A stretch of 63,091 nt of DNA, filler included, from Choristocarpus tenellus KU-1152 (GCA_964200185.2; 12 parts of 12 records of this genome joined end to end with filler, not necessarily neighbours in it), one strand, 5' to 3'; numbered from the whole stretch's first letter, positions 1 to 13,209 are shown. Translations and numbers: made by a program. The notes: generated by a model not told the origin, from the sequence alone.

Positions 1-165
1 AGATGTTCCGGAGTAGGTAAAATGTATCCATTATGAAAAGGTGTGGGCGGAACAAGGGTATTGACATCTTCTAACAAACATAATAGCCAAAATTACATCA
101 AAATTGCAAAATTGGATTTTGGCCCCCAAATGGATGTGACTCTACCCACTAAGATACTTTGACTC
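1..165 (+). mobile_element. MITE family A (Sola-like non-autonomous element), right half, cut by window start
   Basis: Matches the 3' half of the 259-518 copy and ends in AAGATACTTTGACTC. Confidence 0.85.
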
Positions 166-258
166 AAGGTCGAAGAGAAGTAATAGTCCTTCCCACGCCT
201 TACATATGCTTAGGAAAATTCATGTGTTCTCTTCAACTACCCTATTTAGCAATGATGA

Positions 259-518
259 GAGTGAAAGTATCTTAGAGGGTGTGAGTTTTTGCCATTTTTG
301 TCCATTTGGGGCTTGGCTTCTCTCGGGGTTTTTATGACATTTTCCTAATCCAAAATATTTCGGAGTAGGTAAAAGGTGTATGTTATGAAAAGGTGTGTCC
401 GGAACAAGGATATTGACACTTTCCTAACAAACACAGTAGCCAAAATTACATCAATATCGCAACATTGGATTTTGGTCCCCAGATGGATGCGGCTCTACCA
501 TCTAGGATACTTTGGCTC
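259..518 (+). mobile_element. MITE family A, full-length 260 bp, GAG...CTC termini, 4-bp TSD ATGA
   Basis: TIRs GAGTGAAAGTATCTTAGAGGGT / ACCATCTAGGATACTTTGGCTC; ATGA at 255-258 and 519-522; subterminal GTCCATTTGGGG motif; seven related copies in the window. Confidence 0.9.
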
Positions 519-3500
519 ATGAACCATTGTAGAGCTGACTCTGACATACCAGTGAGGTTATGGCTAGGGTTCTTACTTGCAGAAGTGCTCCTGTGGACTG
601 CCATAATTACTTCAGCACGAGTGTTGATACACATTTTGATCTTTTGATTGCGTGCTTACTTGCTTCACATGCCTGACTTCATTGGTAGATTCATAGTGGG
701 GAATATGTTCCAGTTTTGCATGTCTGTGTCTCTGGCTTTGCTCCCAGGAGGTGGACTTGCATCCTGGTGCCACTTTGATTTCGTGTTGCTAATATTTTCC
801 CGTCCATCTTTCCACTACACTGGCTCTCTTTCCACAATCCCTTTTTTCTTTCTCCGTCGGCTTGGTGAGTTTATTCTAAAGTTGTCTAGAAGTAGTTTTG
901 TGGAACAGTTCTCACCAATACCTCCAGAGGGGGATGGCATGATTGGGAGGTAAGGGATCTAGGATATATGAGACGTTATTATAGAGACTACACTGAAGGG
1001 TAACATAGAGGGCAATGTTGTACTCCTGCATTGATTGGTATGGGTGCATTATGTAACATCGTAGAGTGAGGGTCGGATCATGTCACTTTCCAATGCACAC
1101 ACAATTTCGAGCTATGCTCGTGTTTTGCTTTAGATGTTGTTGCCCCCAAAGGATATTTATTATTATATTTCCTATCGCACTGAAGTACTATGATGAGAGG
1201 TTCTTGTAGTTTGATGGATGGCTGCGGCCTCTCTTCTATTCTCACCTCTTTTAATGTGGTGGACTGAAATGTTTCTACTGTGTTGAAGGGTAGTTGAACA
1301 GATCATCTACCTTTGTGAAGGAGAGATTGGCACAAGCCCTCAATGATCCTATTTTTTTTTTAGTTTTTCGTTTTGACTCTGCATGCATTCATTGTTCGTA
1401 CTTCAAACGGGTGTGCTAGAGTGTGGCTTTCGTCGTTCTGTGGCTCTCTTCTGCATCAGTTTGAACATTTTGCAGCACAGGCTAAAAATGCACAAGATGG
1501 TGTAACATTTTCATGATTTTTTATGGGGGTCTTGCATGAACCCAATTAGAGGTCACCCCACAAACTCAGAAAAATCATAGTCCAGAAGGACTGAATCCTG
1601 TGTGTGAAGGGTTTATTAATACGAGCGCTAGTTTTCTGGAAGTGAACTTCCCCGTGTGTGTGTTCAAACTCATACTCAACGGGAGGCAAAAGTATATTCT
1701 GGTTCTCATGTAGCTGTACAAATATGAGATACAAAAGTGACGTCTTCGAGTCTCCAAAATATCTACCTCGTATGTAGCTGTTCAAAAATATCGGATTCAC
1801 TTTAACTCTAAACTTGAGTTCTACCTGACACTACCACCATTGGGGTCTACTTTTTTATGCTAATTGTAACTCTGCTTGCACCTTCCCTTTATCATGCCTT
1901 TCAACACCTATGCACCTATGTTCAATAACTGCTCGGCCCTCTTGTGTGGGTACATCACGGCCTATTTAATAGGATGGGAAATACCTTTGCTTTTTTATCC
2001 TTATGATGGCACTACAAGCCCTTTGTGCCTGGGTTTTCAGGATTTCAGATTATGTACATCCCAGGTCAGGTCGAAATGAAGGCACAAGAGACTGTAGCTT
2101 AAGGTTGTGTCAAACTTGGTTCGTGATACTCTTTGATCACAATGATCAAGCTGAGTTTATTCCCGATACAATGCAAGTGATACAGGAAGAGTGGAGGGAG
2201 GAAGATGGCTCAGGGGCTGGATGTAGCAACTGTGCAAAATAGGACAATAGTGAGGTGTACCTTATTTTGTGTATGAGAGATGTAACTAATAAGATAGTAC
2301 ATTCGAATTATGAGTGGGAATATGTATGGGTTTTATTCTGCATTCAACTACTTTGACAAAACCGTTGACTTATATATGAGGCACAAATAATAATAACAAG
2401 CAATGAGAAGACACCCCACAAAGGTCACTCTTCTATTTTCAACCAAGTAATCACGTTCAGCGAAGGGGAACTGTGTGAGGCTTCACACCTTCTTGTCTTC
2501 ACTACTGGAAAATAGCATTACCTCCCAAGGTAAATTGCACAGCAACTACTTGAAATATCTTACCAACCCAAGGCAAGCAGTGTTTGTATTGATAACACAT
2601 TGAAATACCCTAGCCCCAGTTGTGTGATAGATCCTGTGCGGAACTCTTAGAGATTTGTGTGCCACTACAGAGCCCTATCTGAAAACAGAGTGCTATCCAA
2701 TTACAGCGAACATCACAACTTAATTATTTGTTGTTGCAAACATACCCCAAAATCATCGGGACATAGTAAGGTTTTTCCAAATTGTATTTAGTGTCTATTA
2801 CTTTAGGAAGGTCTATCCTGCTTGTACTTCGGGTCGCATGCGCATCTTTCTCATACATTGGGTATTTTTCATCAGTGTATGCCCTTAGACATTCTTTACC
2901 CAACTATTATTTGTGCTTGGCATTCCAACTGATTGGTCTTACAGAAGTCACGTTCTTTCATATCGCACTGTTCTTCCAGTATTATCGGCTTAGAGACCTT
3001 ACAATTAGTAAAATTGATGTGACCGGGTGCCAAGTTGATGGAACATAACTCATCTGGCTTGGAAAATCATAGTTTCATATAGAGTTTCTGCTGAACTTAA
3101 AAGGCTAGCCATGTGTAGTAGACATATCTTGTTAGATATGAATACCTTCATGTCTGTTTGGAGTATATTATTAAGTGAATTCAGCATTTTCCTATTCATA
3201 TTTAGGTGTGTTCTTTCTCAGTGGCATTGACTCTGACAGATTTTATAAGGATACATCACCGAGTGACAGCTCAGAGTTGTTTGACTAGGGAGGTTGTTTC
3301 AATAGACTCCTCCAACTGTATCTGAGATCACTACCAGTATGTAGGTAGGGTAAGGATCCAACAACTGTTAGTTGGTAAACCCAGAACTGTTCTTGCGTAT
3401 GAACAATAGATAGGGATCGATGTTGCCTTCCTGCATAAGATAATCACTCCTCTACAACATTTGGCTAGATCCCTGAGTTTATCATTCCTATCCGTACACG

Positions 3501-3705
3501 GGTTGGAGGATACTGTAATCTGTATATGTAGTCATTTATACCTGACCTGACCTGCAGAGAGTTCAAAGTGAGTGCTCCAACATTTGTACTATTATGTGAC
3601 TTTGTTGAAAAAAATCTAACATTATTTGAAGTTCATGCTCAGTAGGTTGGTGCTGCACTACACCACTGATAGTCTATTAATACTATTAGGGTCAAGTATC
3701 TGGGG

Positions 3706-3805
3706 NNNNNNNNNNNNNNNNNNNNNNNNNNNNNNNNNNNNNNNNNNNNTTAATTAATTAANNNNNNNNNNNNNNNNNNNNNNNNNNNNNNNNNNNNNNN
3801 NNNNN
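3706..3805. other. Artificial contig-joining linker (44N-TTAATTAATTAA-44N). Same linker at about 13029, 19185, 23797, 28327, 32511, 40832, 44059, 47283, 55092 and 58778
   Basis: Identical 100-nt structure 11 times; the 12-mer puts stop codons in all six frames. Confidence 0.97.
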
Positions 3806-4919
3806 GTCCCCCCCCCCCCCCCCCCCAGACACTTTGAGCCAGGTTATTATGTTGGTCTGTCCACTGCCATGTGAACCAAAAACGGTTCACTACCCAACGA
3901 TGAAAACAGTGGTGTGAAATAGTGCAAGACTTTCTTCATGAAAGGCTTCCACAGCAGATTGTCAGGGAAGTAGTCGTGATGGCGCATCTTGGTCTGCACA
4001 CTAGGTCCAATGGCCTACCAGAAAATCGATGTAAATGGAAAAAGAATGAAAGCAAAAGGTTTTACTGGGAAATCGAGTGTGCCAGATACGTGATTGAATT
4101 GTTGCACAGGTCCATCATACTCTTCTAAAACACCCTCTGTCTCACAGAAGAGGCACGTAAATTCACCACATAATGTTTTTAAATAGGGCATTAGTTTGTG
4201 GCAAAACTTCTTCCATGACCCTCCGATTTCCTTCCAATCTAGGCTGTCTCGAAGAAGAGAAAATATCGTTTTTTGCACTAAATATGCATTTTATTGATTG
4301 ACTTGGAAAGTTGTGACAAAACATAATGCGTAGCCAGTCAGCTCCCTGTCAAATTTTGCATTGCAGCATCTAGCATTGCACTTGGCCAAGTTATCATAAT
4401 GATTACTGCCGCTGAAATTGCTACCACCGAAGACCTTGAAAGCCTAGGTTTTGTCCCTGGCATTGCGGCACTGAGTTGGCTGTTGTAGTGGTATAAATAA
4501 CAAGCTTTATCTTGGTCCTTCAGATTGCAGAGCCATGGTTGCCATCAGTGTTGGGGTGAGTGTGGGTGGGAGGGCAGGGATAAGGGTGAGGATGAGAGTC
4601 TGCTTGTGTCAACTCCTGTTGGCGCTGGGATACATTGGGTGGTGGTGGGGGGGTGCTGTACCATTAAAGTAACATAATTTTCCCTGCTGGTCGCTAACTA
4701 AATATAGGGAAGTTTTAGGGACAGCATGATAGTACAAATGTTATTACTGATTATATGAGCACATTCGAAATACAGTCTATGGTTTCTTGTATATGTCATT
4801 ACCTATGGAAATTGGTTTCAGTTTATTTTAAGTTGTTAAAAATTCACCGTAAGTATTACAGGTTCAAACAGTCAATTTTGTCTTGAAGTCTTGCTGGGAT
4901 AGTATCTGTAAACCTTCAG

Positions 4920-5116
4920 GAGTGGAGGTATCTTAGAGGGTACGAGTATTGCCCTGTTTGTCTGTTTGGGGCTGGGCTTCCCACAGTTTTTAAAATGACA
5001 TTTTACCTACTTCGAAACATTTCGGAGTAGGAAAATGTAACAAAAAACCCCATAGGAAGCCAAGCCCCAAATGGACAAACAGGGCAAAATTCGTACCCTC
5101 TAAGATACTTTCACTC
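4920..5116. mobile_element. Palindromic MITE family A derivative made of two head-to-head left halves
   Basis: Starts GAGTGGAGGTATCTTAGAGGGTACGAG, ends AATTCGTACCCTCTAAGATACTTTCACTC; near-complete self-complementarity centred on the family's internal palindrome at about 5001-5035. Confidence 0.85.
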
Positions 5117-5289
5117 AATACTACACAATACCGTACTGCACATTTTCAGTAGTCACAGTTTGTACTGAAAACCAAGTTAAACTTTCCTTGTGTAATCAAT
5201 AGAGTATTCTTGGAGACTTATAATGTTGAAAAATGTGTCAATTGGACTGCCAGTAATGTTGCTGAGCGAAAGAATGCCAGAGAGCGTGG

Positions 5290-5522
5290 GTTTTGCCCTG
5301 TTTGTCTGTTTGGGACTTGGTTCCCACAAGTTTTTTTTATGATATTTACTTACTTCAAAACGTTTCGGAGTAGGTAAAAAGTATACGTCATGAAAAGGTT
5401 TGTCCAGAACAAGGATATCGACACTTCCTATCAAACATGATAGCCGAACTTACATCAAAGCCACAACATTGGATTTTGGCCCCCAAACGGATGCGGCTCT
5501 ACCCTCTTAGATACTTTGGCTG
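5290..5522 (+). mobile_element. MITE family A copy lacking the left TIR
   Basis: Aligns to 259-518 from TTTTGCCCTG to AGATACTTTGGCTG. Confidence 0.85.
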
Positions 5523-6113
5523 TGCTATCACCAAGAATCCATGTTTTACAGAGTCACGATCAGATGCACATTTGTAAAGAAGCCAAAGTTTGCACAGAGT
5601 TGTCAGCGTCCTAAAAATACAACCCACAGTACCACTTGTTTACTTTTGCTCATTTCAAATTTCTCCTAGTCAACCGTGCTTTTGTCTCCATTTAGCAGAA
5701 TTAAAGGTTTGCTGTTAATGTGTCACATGAAGTATTATGACTGGTTGCATCTGATGATGGGATTGACTGTATCGAATTTATCTCGGATTGGGTGAGGGAT
5801 GGGAGCGATTTTCCTATTTATCAGTATACCAAGATCGAGGATGTACAACTTTATGATCATTACAATTATTAGGAGACTCTTACAACAATGGGGTGAACTA
5901 GATGTGACATGGAGCTAAGGAGATGCCCTTGCCCCTACATCTTACTAGTAATTCTATCACCTATTATACAGCATATGGATGTGATGGAGTGACAACTAAA
6001 AAACAACTCTCCCGTCCTGCTCCCAAAATAGCCCATTTTGTGAACACAGAAGACACAAGAAATTCACCACAACAAAATGGGGTCAATATTTCTTAGAGGG
6101 TGGTCCTGTCTAA

Positions 6114-6590
6114 CCCTTTTGGGATGTATCATATTTTTTAACCTTGTGCAACATACACTATTCCCATGCTGGACATGCAACTAGCCCCATATAGCAGGTT
6201 GTGGCTATAGAAGGGAAGAATAGCATTGAGCACATTTCTAGCCAGGAGTTGCGTTCACATTGCCCAAAACACATGTACCTCAAGGCAGACATAGGTTCTT
6301 TAAAGTTCAATAACAATCTTCTCTTGGATGGTACCACTCTTTCACCTTGGGCAATATTACGTATACAGGCGCCATGAGCAGGGGGGTACTAGATAAACTG
6401 CCCTGCCCTTGTGCTAGGGCACAAAGTACACGTGTTTTGGGCAATGTGAACGCAACTCTCAACTAGAAATGTGCCCAATGCTGTTATTCCCTTCTACAAT
6501 CACAACCTGTTATATGGGGCTAGTTGCATGTCCAGCATAGGCATAGTGTGTGTTGCACAAGGTTCAAAAACGTGTTACATCTCAAAAGGG
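6114..6590. mobile_element. Foldback element with ~165-bp inverted arms; CCC...GGG termini flanked by degenerate TTAA (CTAA/ATAA); piggyBac-type MITE
   Basis: 6114-6280 is the imperfect reverse complement of 6425-6590, e.g. CATTGCCCAAAACAC / GTGTTTTGGGCAATG and GCAACTAGCCCCATATA / TATATGGGGCTAGTTGC. Confidence 0.75.
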
Positions 6591-9224
6591 ATAAACTGAG
6601 CTCGGAGTGGATTTGTCAGCGCTTAAGCAACGACATAGTGGATGTAAGATCAAGTCAATTCATAGCCTTAGAAGTTATCAAAGATTCTCACATTTTGTCC
6701 TCATATTTATGTGGAAATATCTCAGGGTAGGAAAAAAATATTATTTTCTATATGGAGTAATATGGACATGCAAACACTTACGTTTTTTTTTAGGAGAGAA
6801 CTCTGTGTGTTCTCCAAAGCTCTTCATCAGCCCAGGGTAGAGTGACAAAGGGGTCTACAGCCGCATAAAATTCGTCAAGTTAGCATCACATACCCCACCA
6901 TTGCTAGATACCTTTCAAATTAAAGAGTTGTCAACAAGATCGACCTTGTTGTTGCTGGTCTATTCTCAGGTCTTCCTTCTTTTCTTTACCTGTGTGTATG
7001 GACCAGGCACACACTCCTCATCGGTGGGGGGACAGTTTATAGCTTCACACAAGTGCAACCACTCTACATTGTTTGCACATGTCTTTGCCAGTTGAACACA
7101 GTAGCTGCGGCACGGGTAAACCTATAGTGAACATGGGTGGGCAATTGGTGCAGGTGATTGTAGGAAATGAGGGTGGGCAGAAACTGTTTAATCTGGACCA
7201 CTACCAGGAAAAACAAGAGGAATAGCTTCACCTGAGCAATGTGAGAGCTTAGTATCTTGATTTTTAGCTGCTGCTGGTAACAGAGAAATGAGAAGTATAT
7301 TTTGAAATGCTATGACTTCTCTCTAACTATAAAGCTTAGTTTAGGAAGAAAATTATATCTATACCATCATGGACTCTGTTCTTAACTCCTGAAGATGCGT
7401 TTCTGCAGGGCCACTCTATTCATCATATTTATGATCAGGGTAGTGTCCCTGGCTCACATGATATAGCATACTCTAGTGCAAATTGCACAATCCCAGCAAG
7501 AAGGTCAGTTTTGATGTTGTCATAGAGCATGGTATATTTCAACCCTACTTGCCTGAGCCTCGCTGTCACAACGATTGTCGTACATGTCATTGTTACTTCC
7601 CCACCACAGACAGGTGTAGTCGTACACCATTTCCTTACAGGCATCTGTATCACGGAATGTCTTTCACAGATCCCAGGGATTGGATAGGAGTGGACGTAGG
7701 AAATTGGGAAAGGTGAGGGAGGGATTGAGGGTATGGCACACAGATTACTAAGTTCATGGATGGCAAGACGTCAGAAGGAGGGTTCTCTGTAGCAAGCTTA
7801 TCCCTGATAGACATCATGTGTCATGGGGGCACAGCACAGAGGGAAGGGGGAAGGGTACAATAGTGAGAGGAAACCAGAAGATGGAACAGTTTAATGTGAT
7901 AGGGAAAACAGAGCAGGCTGCAAACACACAACTACATTATTTCTGATATCAATGGAGAGGGTGCTGTTTGCTCTGCATTCAACTATGTTTTTGTTTGTCT
8001 GTTGCTCTGGAGTTATCACCTTTGCTGGTCCAAATACATCTAGGCGGGAAGCCCTATCTTCAAAGTTTTCACATGAGCCAAGAATTGTCGGCTCTGCTGG
8101 GAAATACTTGTCCTCTACCTGTCAAACAGATTTACAGGGGTAGTATTGGACGAGAAGGGATTGTCATGACCAACATCTCATATATATGTGTATCAAAGGG
8201 AAGGGGTGCCAGGGTGTGTGTACACAACACATAAATCAAAGGCACTATGCAAACTGATTGGATTACTATAAACTTGTTATCTCATAATCTGTCCTGCCAC
8301 GAAAGTTCTATTGCAGTATTACTGACTAGATTTATGGAAGATATCCCTACTGGGGGAAAAGGTGGAAGATTGAACTCTTCAAGAAATTATTCACTCAAGG
8401 GAGTGCGGAGTGACCAAGGTGCTTCGATCCTGATCTCTCCCCCTCAATGACCGAACCTGCCTCTCTCTCTCTCCACACACCCACACATGTTTTCTAAGTG
8501 CTGAAATGCATGATATTTAGGTTTAATTTCCAAGCACATTGCAATGATGAAAGAATATCAAAGGGACTGGAGGACACGAATGGGAAAAGTACAGCATAGC
8601 AAGGTAGGTCATGGCTGCTTGGTTGATAACATTGACAAACCTTGTATCCATTCAGGACGTCACAGTAGGACAGGCCAAAGCACTCAATGCAGCAGGGAGA
8701 AGAAGAATCTGCTGTCCCGCAGTTCGATGAACTGCTTGTGCTCCCAAGACTCCTACCCACTACCATTGTGGTTTAGTGTCAAGAGATGTAAGAGGTAGTC
8801 AGGCTACCATTTGAGGTGATCAAACGAGGGATTCTTAACAAGTTGAGAGCAACAGAGCCACCCAAGTCAGGGTAAGGGTAAGTCTGAAGTCTAATTAATC
8901 GTATAGACAGCTGAATACCTGATCTGATCAGCAACAGCTTATGCTGTAGTATGAGCATTGGCACTAATCCAGAGTGTTCTATCCAGATGCAGGTGTAGAT
9001 TCAGATCGACCTACAAGTTAGTTTATTAAGTCATAGTGGGGAAGCCAAAGGAGCTATTCACAAACTTTGAGGTATTTGTACAATTTTGTTCTACAGTAGT
9101 ATATTGAGCTGATATCACGAATAGAAAATATTTAGCGTCCATAATTTGTGACAGCTACCTTTAAACACAAAAAAATGAACTAGGAAGGCGGTAGATATAG
9201 CCTCAGCAATAAGAAAGAATAGCG

Positions 9225-10103
9225 TCAATCCCAGGTCAGGTTGCGCGAAGATGTCAAAGTGCTGAATAAGACGTATTCACACCAAAAAATCTTGCAACAT
9301 ATTTCGGGGAAGGAAGCATAAATCTGTTCCCTATTCGCTTTCTCACCGACCTGTCCATGCTGCCCTGTTACTTCCGTAGTGTTTACAGGCATGACTGTGA
9401 GCACCCCTCTCGTGTCCAGATAGTGCGTTCGGGGATCGAACATGCCGTCGTCTTCAAACGAACGATCAACGGACTCCACGAAAGTGGGAAATCTTGACAC
9501 TCCTACCGTAGAAAGAAGAGGGGTGGAAAGTACGAGGAGGTGAGTGGGCTAGGAGATGTTTGAAAGCCTTCTGATCGCAACAAGTTAGCACAAAGAAGAG
9601 TACCAGATACAAAGTAGTCCTGAGAAGGTACTACGAAAAAGCACAAGAAGGAGGCCACCCAACGTTGAAGCGGGGATTTTTTGAACGTAACAGCGACGAA
9701 ATATGACCCGTGTCAAGTATGGAATGGTCATGATGAGGGAAGGATGTCCAATGCATTGAAGGATACGGCGTCGCGTTTCACGACAAGATGTCGAGTGTTC
9801 AGCGAATGCAACCCGGACGTGGTCTACCATCCTAATGATGAGTCTCTGAAGTGATTCCAATAAGCAGGATTGAGCTCTTCTTTATCGTGTTTGTGAAATG
9901 GTGGATAGCGTTCCACAATAGAAGCGATAACCACCTGTACTTCGATCTCGTGGAGCCTGTGTATTAAAGGCAGTCTCCCAATCTCGTGCCTCAAGTGTGG
10001 TTAGGGTTCCTAGCCAGGTGACAGTGCATACAGCCGCACAACACCCCACCCTAAGTCTCTTTCTTGGTGAAGGTGACATGAACAGTTGTTGGATGGGTCT
10101 CAT
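9225..10103 (-). pseudogene. Possible degenerate Ty3/Gypsy pol remnant (RNase H and integrase Zn-finger-like fragments)
   Basis: Fragments DG.PR/VAFAEHSTSCRETR (resembles RPVAFASR...E.RY), HDHSIL (resembles TDH..L) and GQHGQVGEKANREQIYASF, in the expected order but frameshifted. Confidence 0.35.
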
Positions 10104-11284
10104 TCAAAAGGCAGCAAGGTTCAATTGGGAGGAATCTGAAAGTGAAACGACATTTTCAAGTTTTGCAATACTCAAATATTTTAGAGTTATACTATTAACA
10201 ATGGTGAATCAATATTCCCACTAAAATGTTCCAAATATTGTCGTGTAGAAAAACCAAAAATATCAAAGGAAAGAAGAAATACCATAGCAACACCATCGAG
10301 TTGGGAGAAGAGGAACTATCATGTGAACAATGGAAGGGCAACACCAGAAGACTACTTACTCAATATCATAAACACCAACCAGAGTTCAGTTTATGTGTGT
10401 AAAACAAGAAACAACAAAACGACAAAAGCAGCTCCTAGATCGACAATATGAAGGCAGACGAGAAGAAGAAGGAAGGAAAGAACCCCGACGAATCCGCTAA
10501 CCCTCTCCTATCCCATCGACCTGGATTCTCTACTTTGATTACTACATACTTCGTATATTATAAATATTTGCTATTATTGTACCATTTAATTATTGATCAA
10601 TGAATTGATTATCACGCATTAGTTCGAAGTATGATCCAGTGATGCTCGAAAGGAGAAAGAAAATGGCTGATATTGTCAAGGAGAAGGTAACTGCGTACAG
10701 CATACCCTAACCCGTGATCAGAAAGGAGTCAAACCAGTTGAGAGGTAGGCAGGTTCGGACTCTTGTACTCCCTAGCCCACCTTTCTTACCCTGTGCAATA
10801 AACTCTATTTCGTTACTTTTTTTGCACAATAATGCACACAAAATTGGTATCCCCCTTCTTTCTACACACAAAATTACACCACGAGTCAGCAAAGGTTTTT
10901 TCCCCAATTAATTGTACAAAAGGGCATATTTTCGCTCCTTCTCGGGATCCTTAAATACAATTCTGCCTATCTCTCAGTTGGTTTGACCCAAGGCAATGCA
11001 AAAAAGAGCACAACAAAAATAAAAACTACCTTTGTGCCATAAGTTTCTGCCACCAAACATCTGCGAGAACGGCGCCGAATCGGACGATAACCCCACAGAA
11101 TTGAATCGGGTTGACAATATCAGCTTTCAGAAACGGGGGGGGTCGAGGATCATCAGGTACAAACTCGATGTGCTTCAAGTCGTCAAAATAGGGGTCTATT
11201 GGGGTGATTTTGAAGCCAGAACTGGGCACGTTGAGGGTCAGAACGTCGGTATGGCAACCCCCACGTCGATCCCCCAGTGTAGGA

Positions 11285-12790
11285 ATGATGCCCAAGTATC
11301 CCTGAAAACCAGGGTTGCGCTTGCAGTGCGGCACACCCTCGCCATGGTCCCTGGTGAGCATAAACTGCCGCGACACGTTGGGCCGACCCTGAGTAAAAGT
11401 ATATTAGAGGGTATGAGTTTTGCCCTGTTTGTCCATTTGGGACTTGGCTTCCTACAGGTATTTTATGACATCTTTCCTACCCCGAAACATTTCAGAGTAG
11501 ATTAAATATGTACGTCTTAAAAGGTGTGTCTGGAACAAGGATATTGACACTTCCTAAATAACACCATAGCCAAAATTACATCACAATCGTAACATTGGAT
11601 TAGGACCCCCAAATGGACGCGGCTCTACCCTCTAAGATACTTTGACTCCCTCACAGTAGAGTTTGGAGTGTCCGAGCATTACATGCGAGGACTCTGGGAG
11701 GAAGTTGCCGATCAGCTCACCCGTGGCCATACGCTTGACCTAGGGGTGGCGGCACGTAGTGGGCGGCCTTCGGAACTCACACCAACTAAGATGGTCACAA
11801 TACATAGTACCAACTCCGATAATCGGTCATCCACAGTGCATCAGGTGACAATGAAGATGGCCACCAAGGGGCTGAATTATAGCACGAGCACCATAGACAG
11901 GTGGTTGGATGATATGGGGGTCATGCCGAATCGCCCCTGGGTCAAACCCAAGATTAAACAGTGGCAAAAGGTATGGAGAAAGGACTTTGTTTGCGATCAA
12001 GTGGACCAGGAATGTGGCCATGGCGAACACGATCCATGTGGATGAAACCTGGTTTTACGTGGTGGCTGATGGGGAAAGGGTTAGGGTATTTCCGCATGAG
12101 GATGACAGTGACCTTTCAGGTTCCCTACTGTGCACCACAGGAGTCATATATCTCCCAAACCATGATCATTGGAGCCAACGCCCGCCCAGATTCGGGTCAC
12201 AGCTTTGATGGAAAGCTTGGTGTTTGGCGTGTGTGTGCGCCAAAACGGCAGACAGGACAAGCAAGAACCATGAAAAGGGGTGTGTGTATGAGCAGGACTG
12301 TACTTTAGGTCATTTGTGGTACAGGAGGTGGTACACGGAGGAGCTACTTCCTGCAATCAAGACCAAGATGCCTTGGTTTGAGGGGAAGCACATTGTCGTT
12401 CAGCAAGACGGTGCCACCCCCCACACGGGCAAGGGCAACTCAGAAATCTTGTCAGCAGCAGGGAAGACTGAGGGGTGGTCGATTAGGCTTGTGGTACAGC
12501 CATCTAACTCCTCTGACCTCAATATTATGGACGTGTCCTTCTTCATGTCTTTGAAATACCAGGTGAAGGGGGAGTGGTTTGGGTTCGTCGAGGAGATGGT
12601 GAAGGTAATTAAGAAGCAATATGAGGAGTATGATGAAACCACACTTGAGAGGGCCTGGCAGGTCCTTTTTGTGGTGTACAATCAAATGCTTAGATACAAA
12701 GGGGGAAATGACTTCAGTGTGGAGCACACAGCAATAAGGAAGAAGTATTTTTGTGCTGAGGTTGAAAATACGCCGAAGGTAGACATGTAG
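11285..12790 (+). pseudogene. Mariner-like (IS630-Tc1-mariner, plant/oomycete DD39D-related) transposase, frameshifted and interrupted by a MITE
   Basis: Motifs RSGRP, TIHVDETWFY, IVVQQDGATPH, QPSNSSDLNIMDVSFF, GGNDF.VEH; several frameshifts. Confidence 0.9.
11391..11648 (+). mobile_element. MITE family A inserted in the mariner transposase ORF
   Basis: GAGTAAAAGTATATTAGAGGG...CTCTAAGATACTTTGACTC, flanked by (C)CCT / CCT; removing it plus CCT restores the frame (HVGPT-LTVEFGVSEHYM). Confidence 0.9.
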
Positions 12791-13128
12791 ACTTTTTCTG
12801 TGGCTGATAAGATTGTGATGGATTGGGAGTAGCCAAAAAGTGGTCAAGAGGATTCAAAATCTTCAAAATTAATTTCATCATCTCCAAAGTTATAGACAAC
12901 GTGGCACAGACTTATGGCACAGAGATAGTAGTGTTACAGGCGCCCCACGATGCTCATCTTTCCAGGATGTACAAGTCAAGTCCAATTCACAGATTATCGA
13001 ACGTCAGCTCAGCAGAACAGGGGTACTCNNNNNNNNNNNNNNNNNNNNNNNNNNNNNNNNNNNNNNNNNNNNTTAATTAATTAANNNNNNNNNNNNNNNN
13101 NNNNNNNNNNNNNNNNNNNNNNNNNNNN

Positions 13129-13209
13129 CCAAATCACCCAATAATCTCGACTTGGAAAACTGGGACCCAAATGGACAGTCGCCACCCCCCCCCCCAGATA
13201 CTTTGGGTC
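13129..13209. mobile_element. MITE family B fragment at contig edge
   Basis: CCCAAATGGAC...CCCCAGATACTTTGGGTC. Confidence 0.75.

Noticed and set aside
3320-3385. Copia-RT-like VVGSLPYLHTGSDLRY on the minus strand
   Set aside because: A single weak motif with no other copia motifs recognisable nearby.
8399-8445. Possible tRNA/SINE B-box (TTCGATCC)
   Set aside because: No cloverleaf or A-box can be built and there is no second copy.
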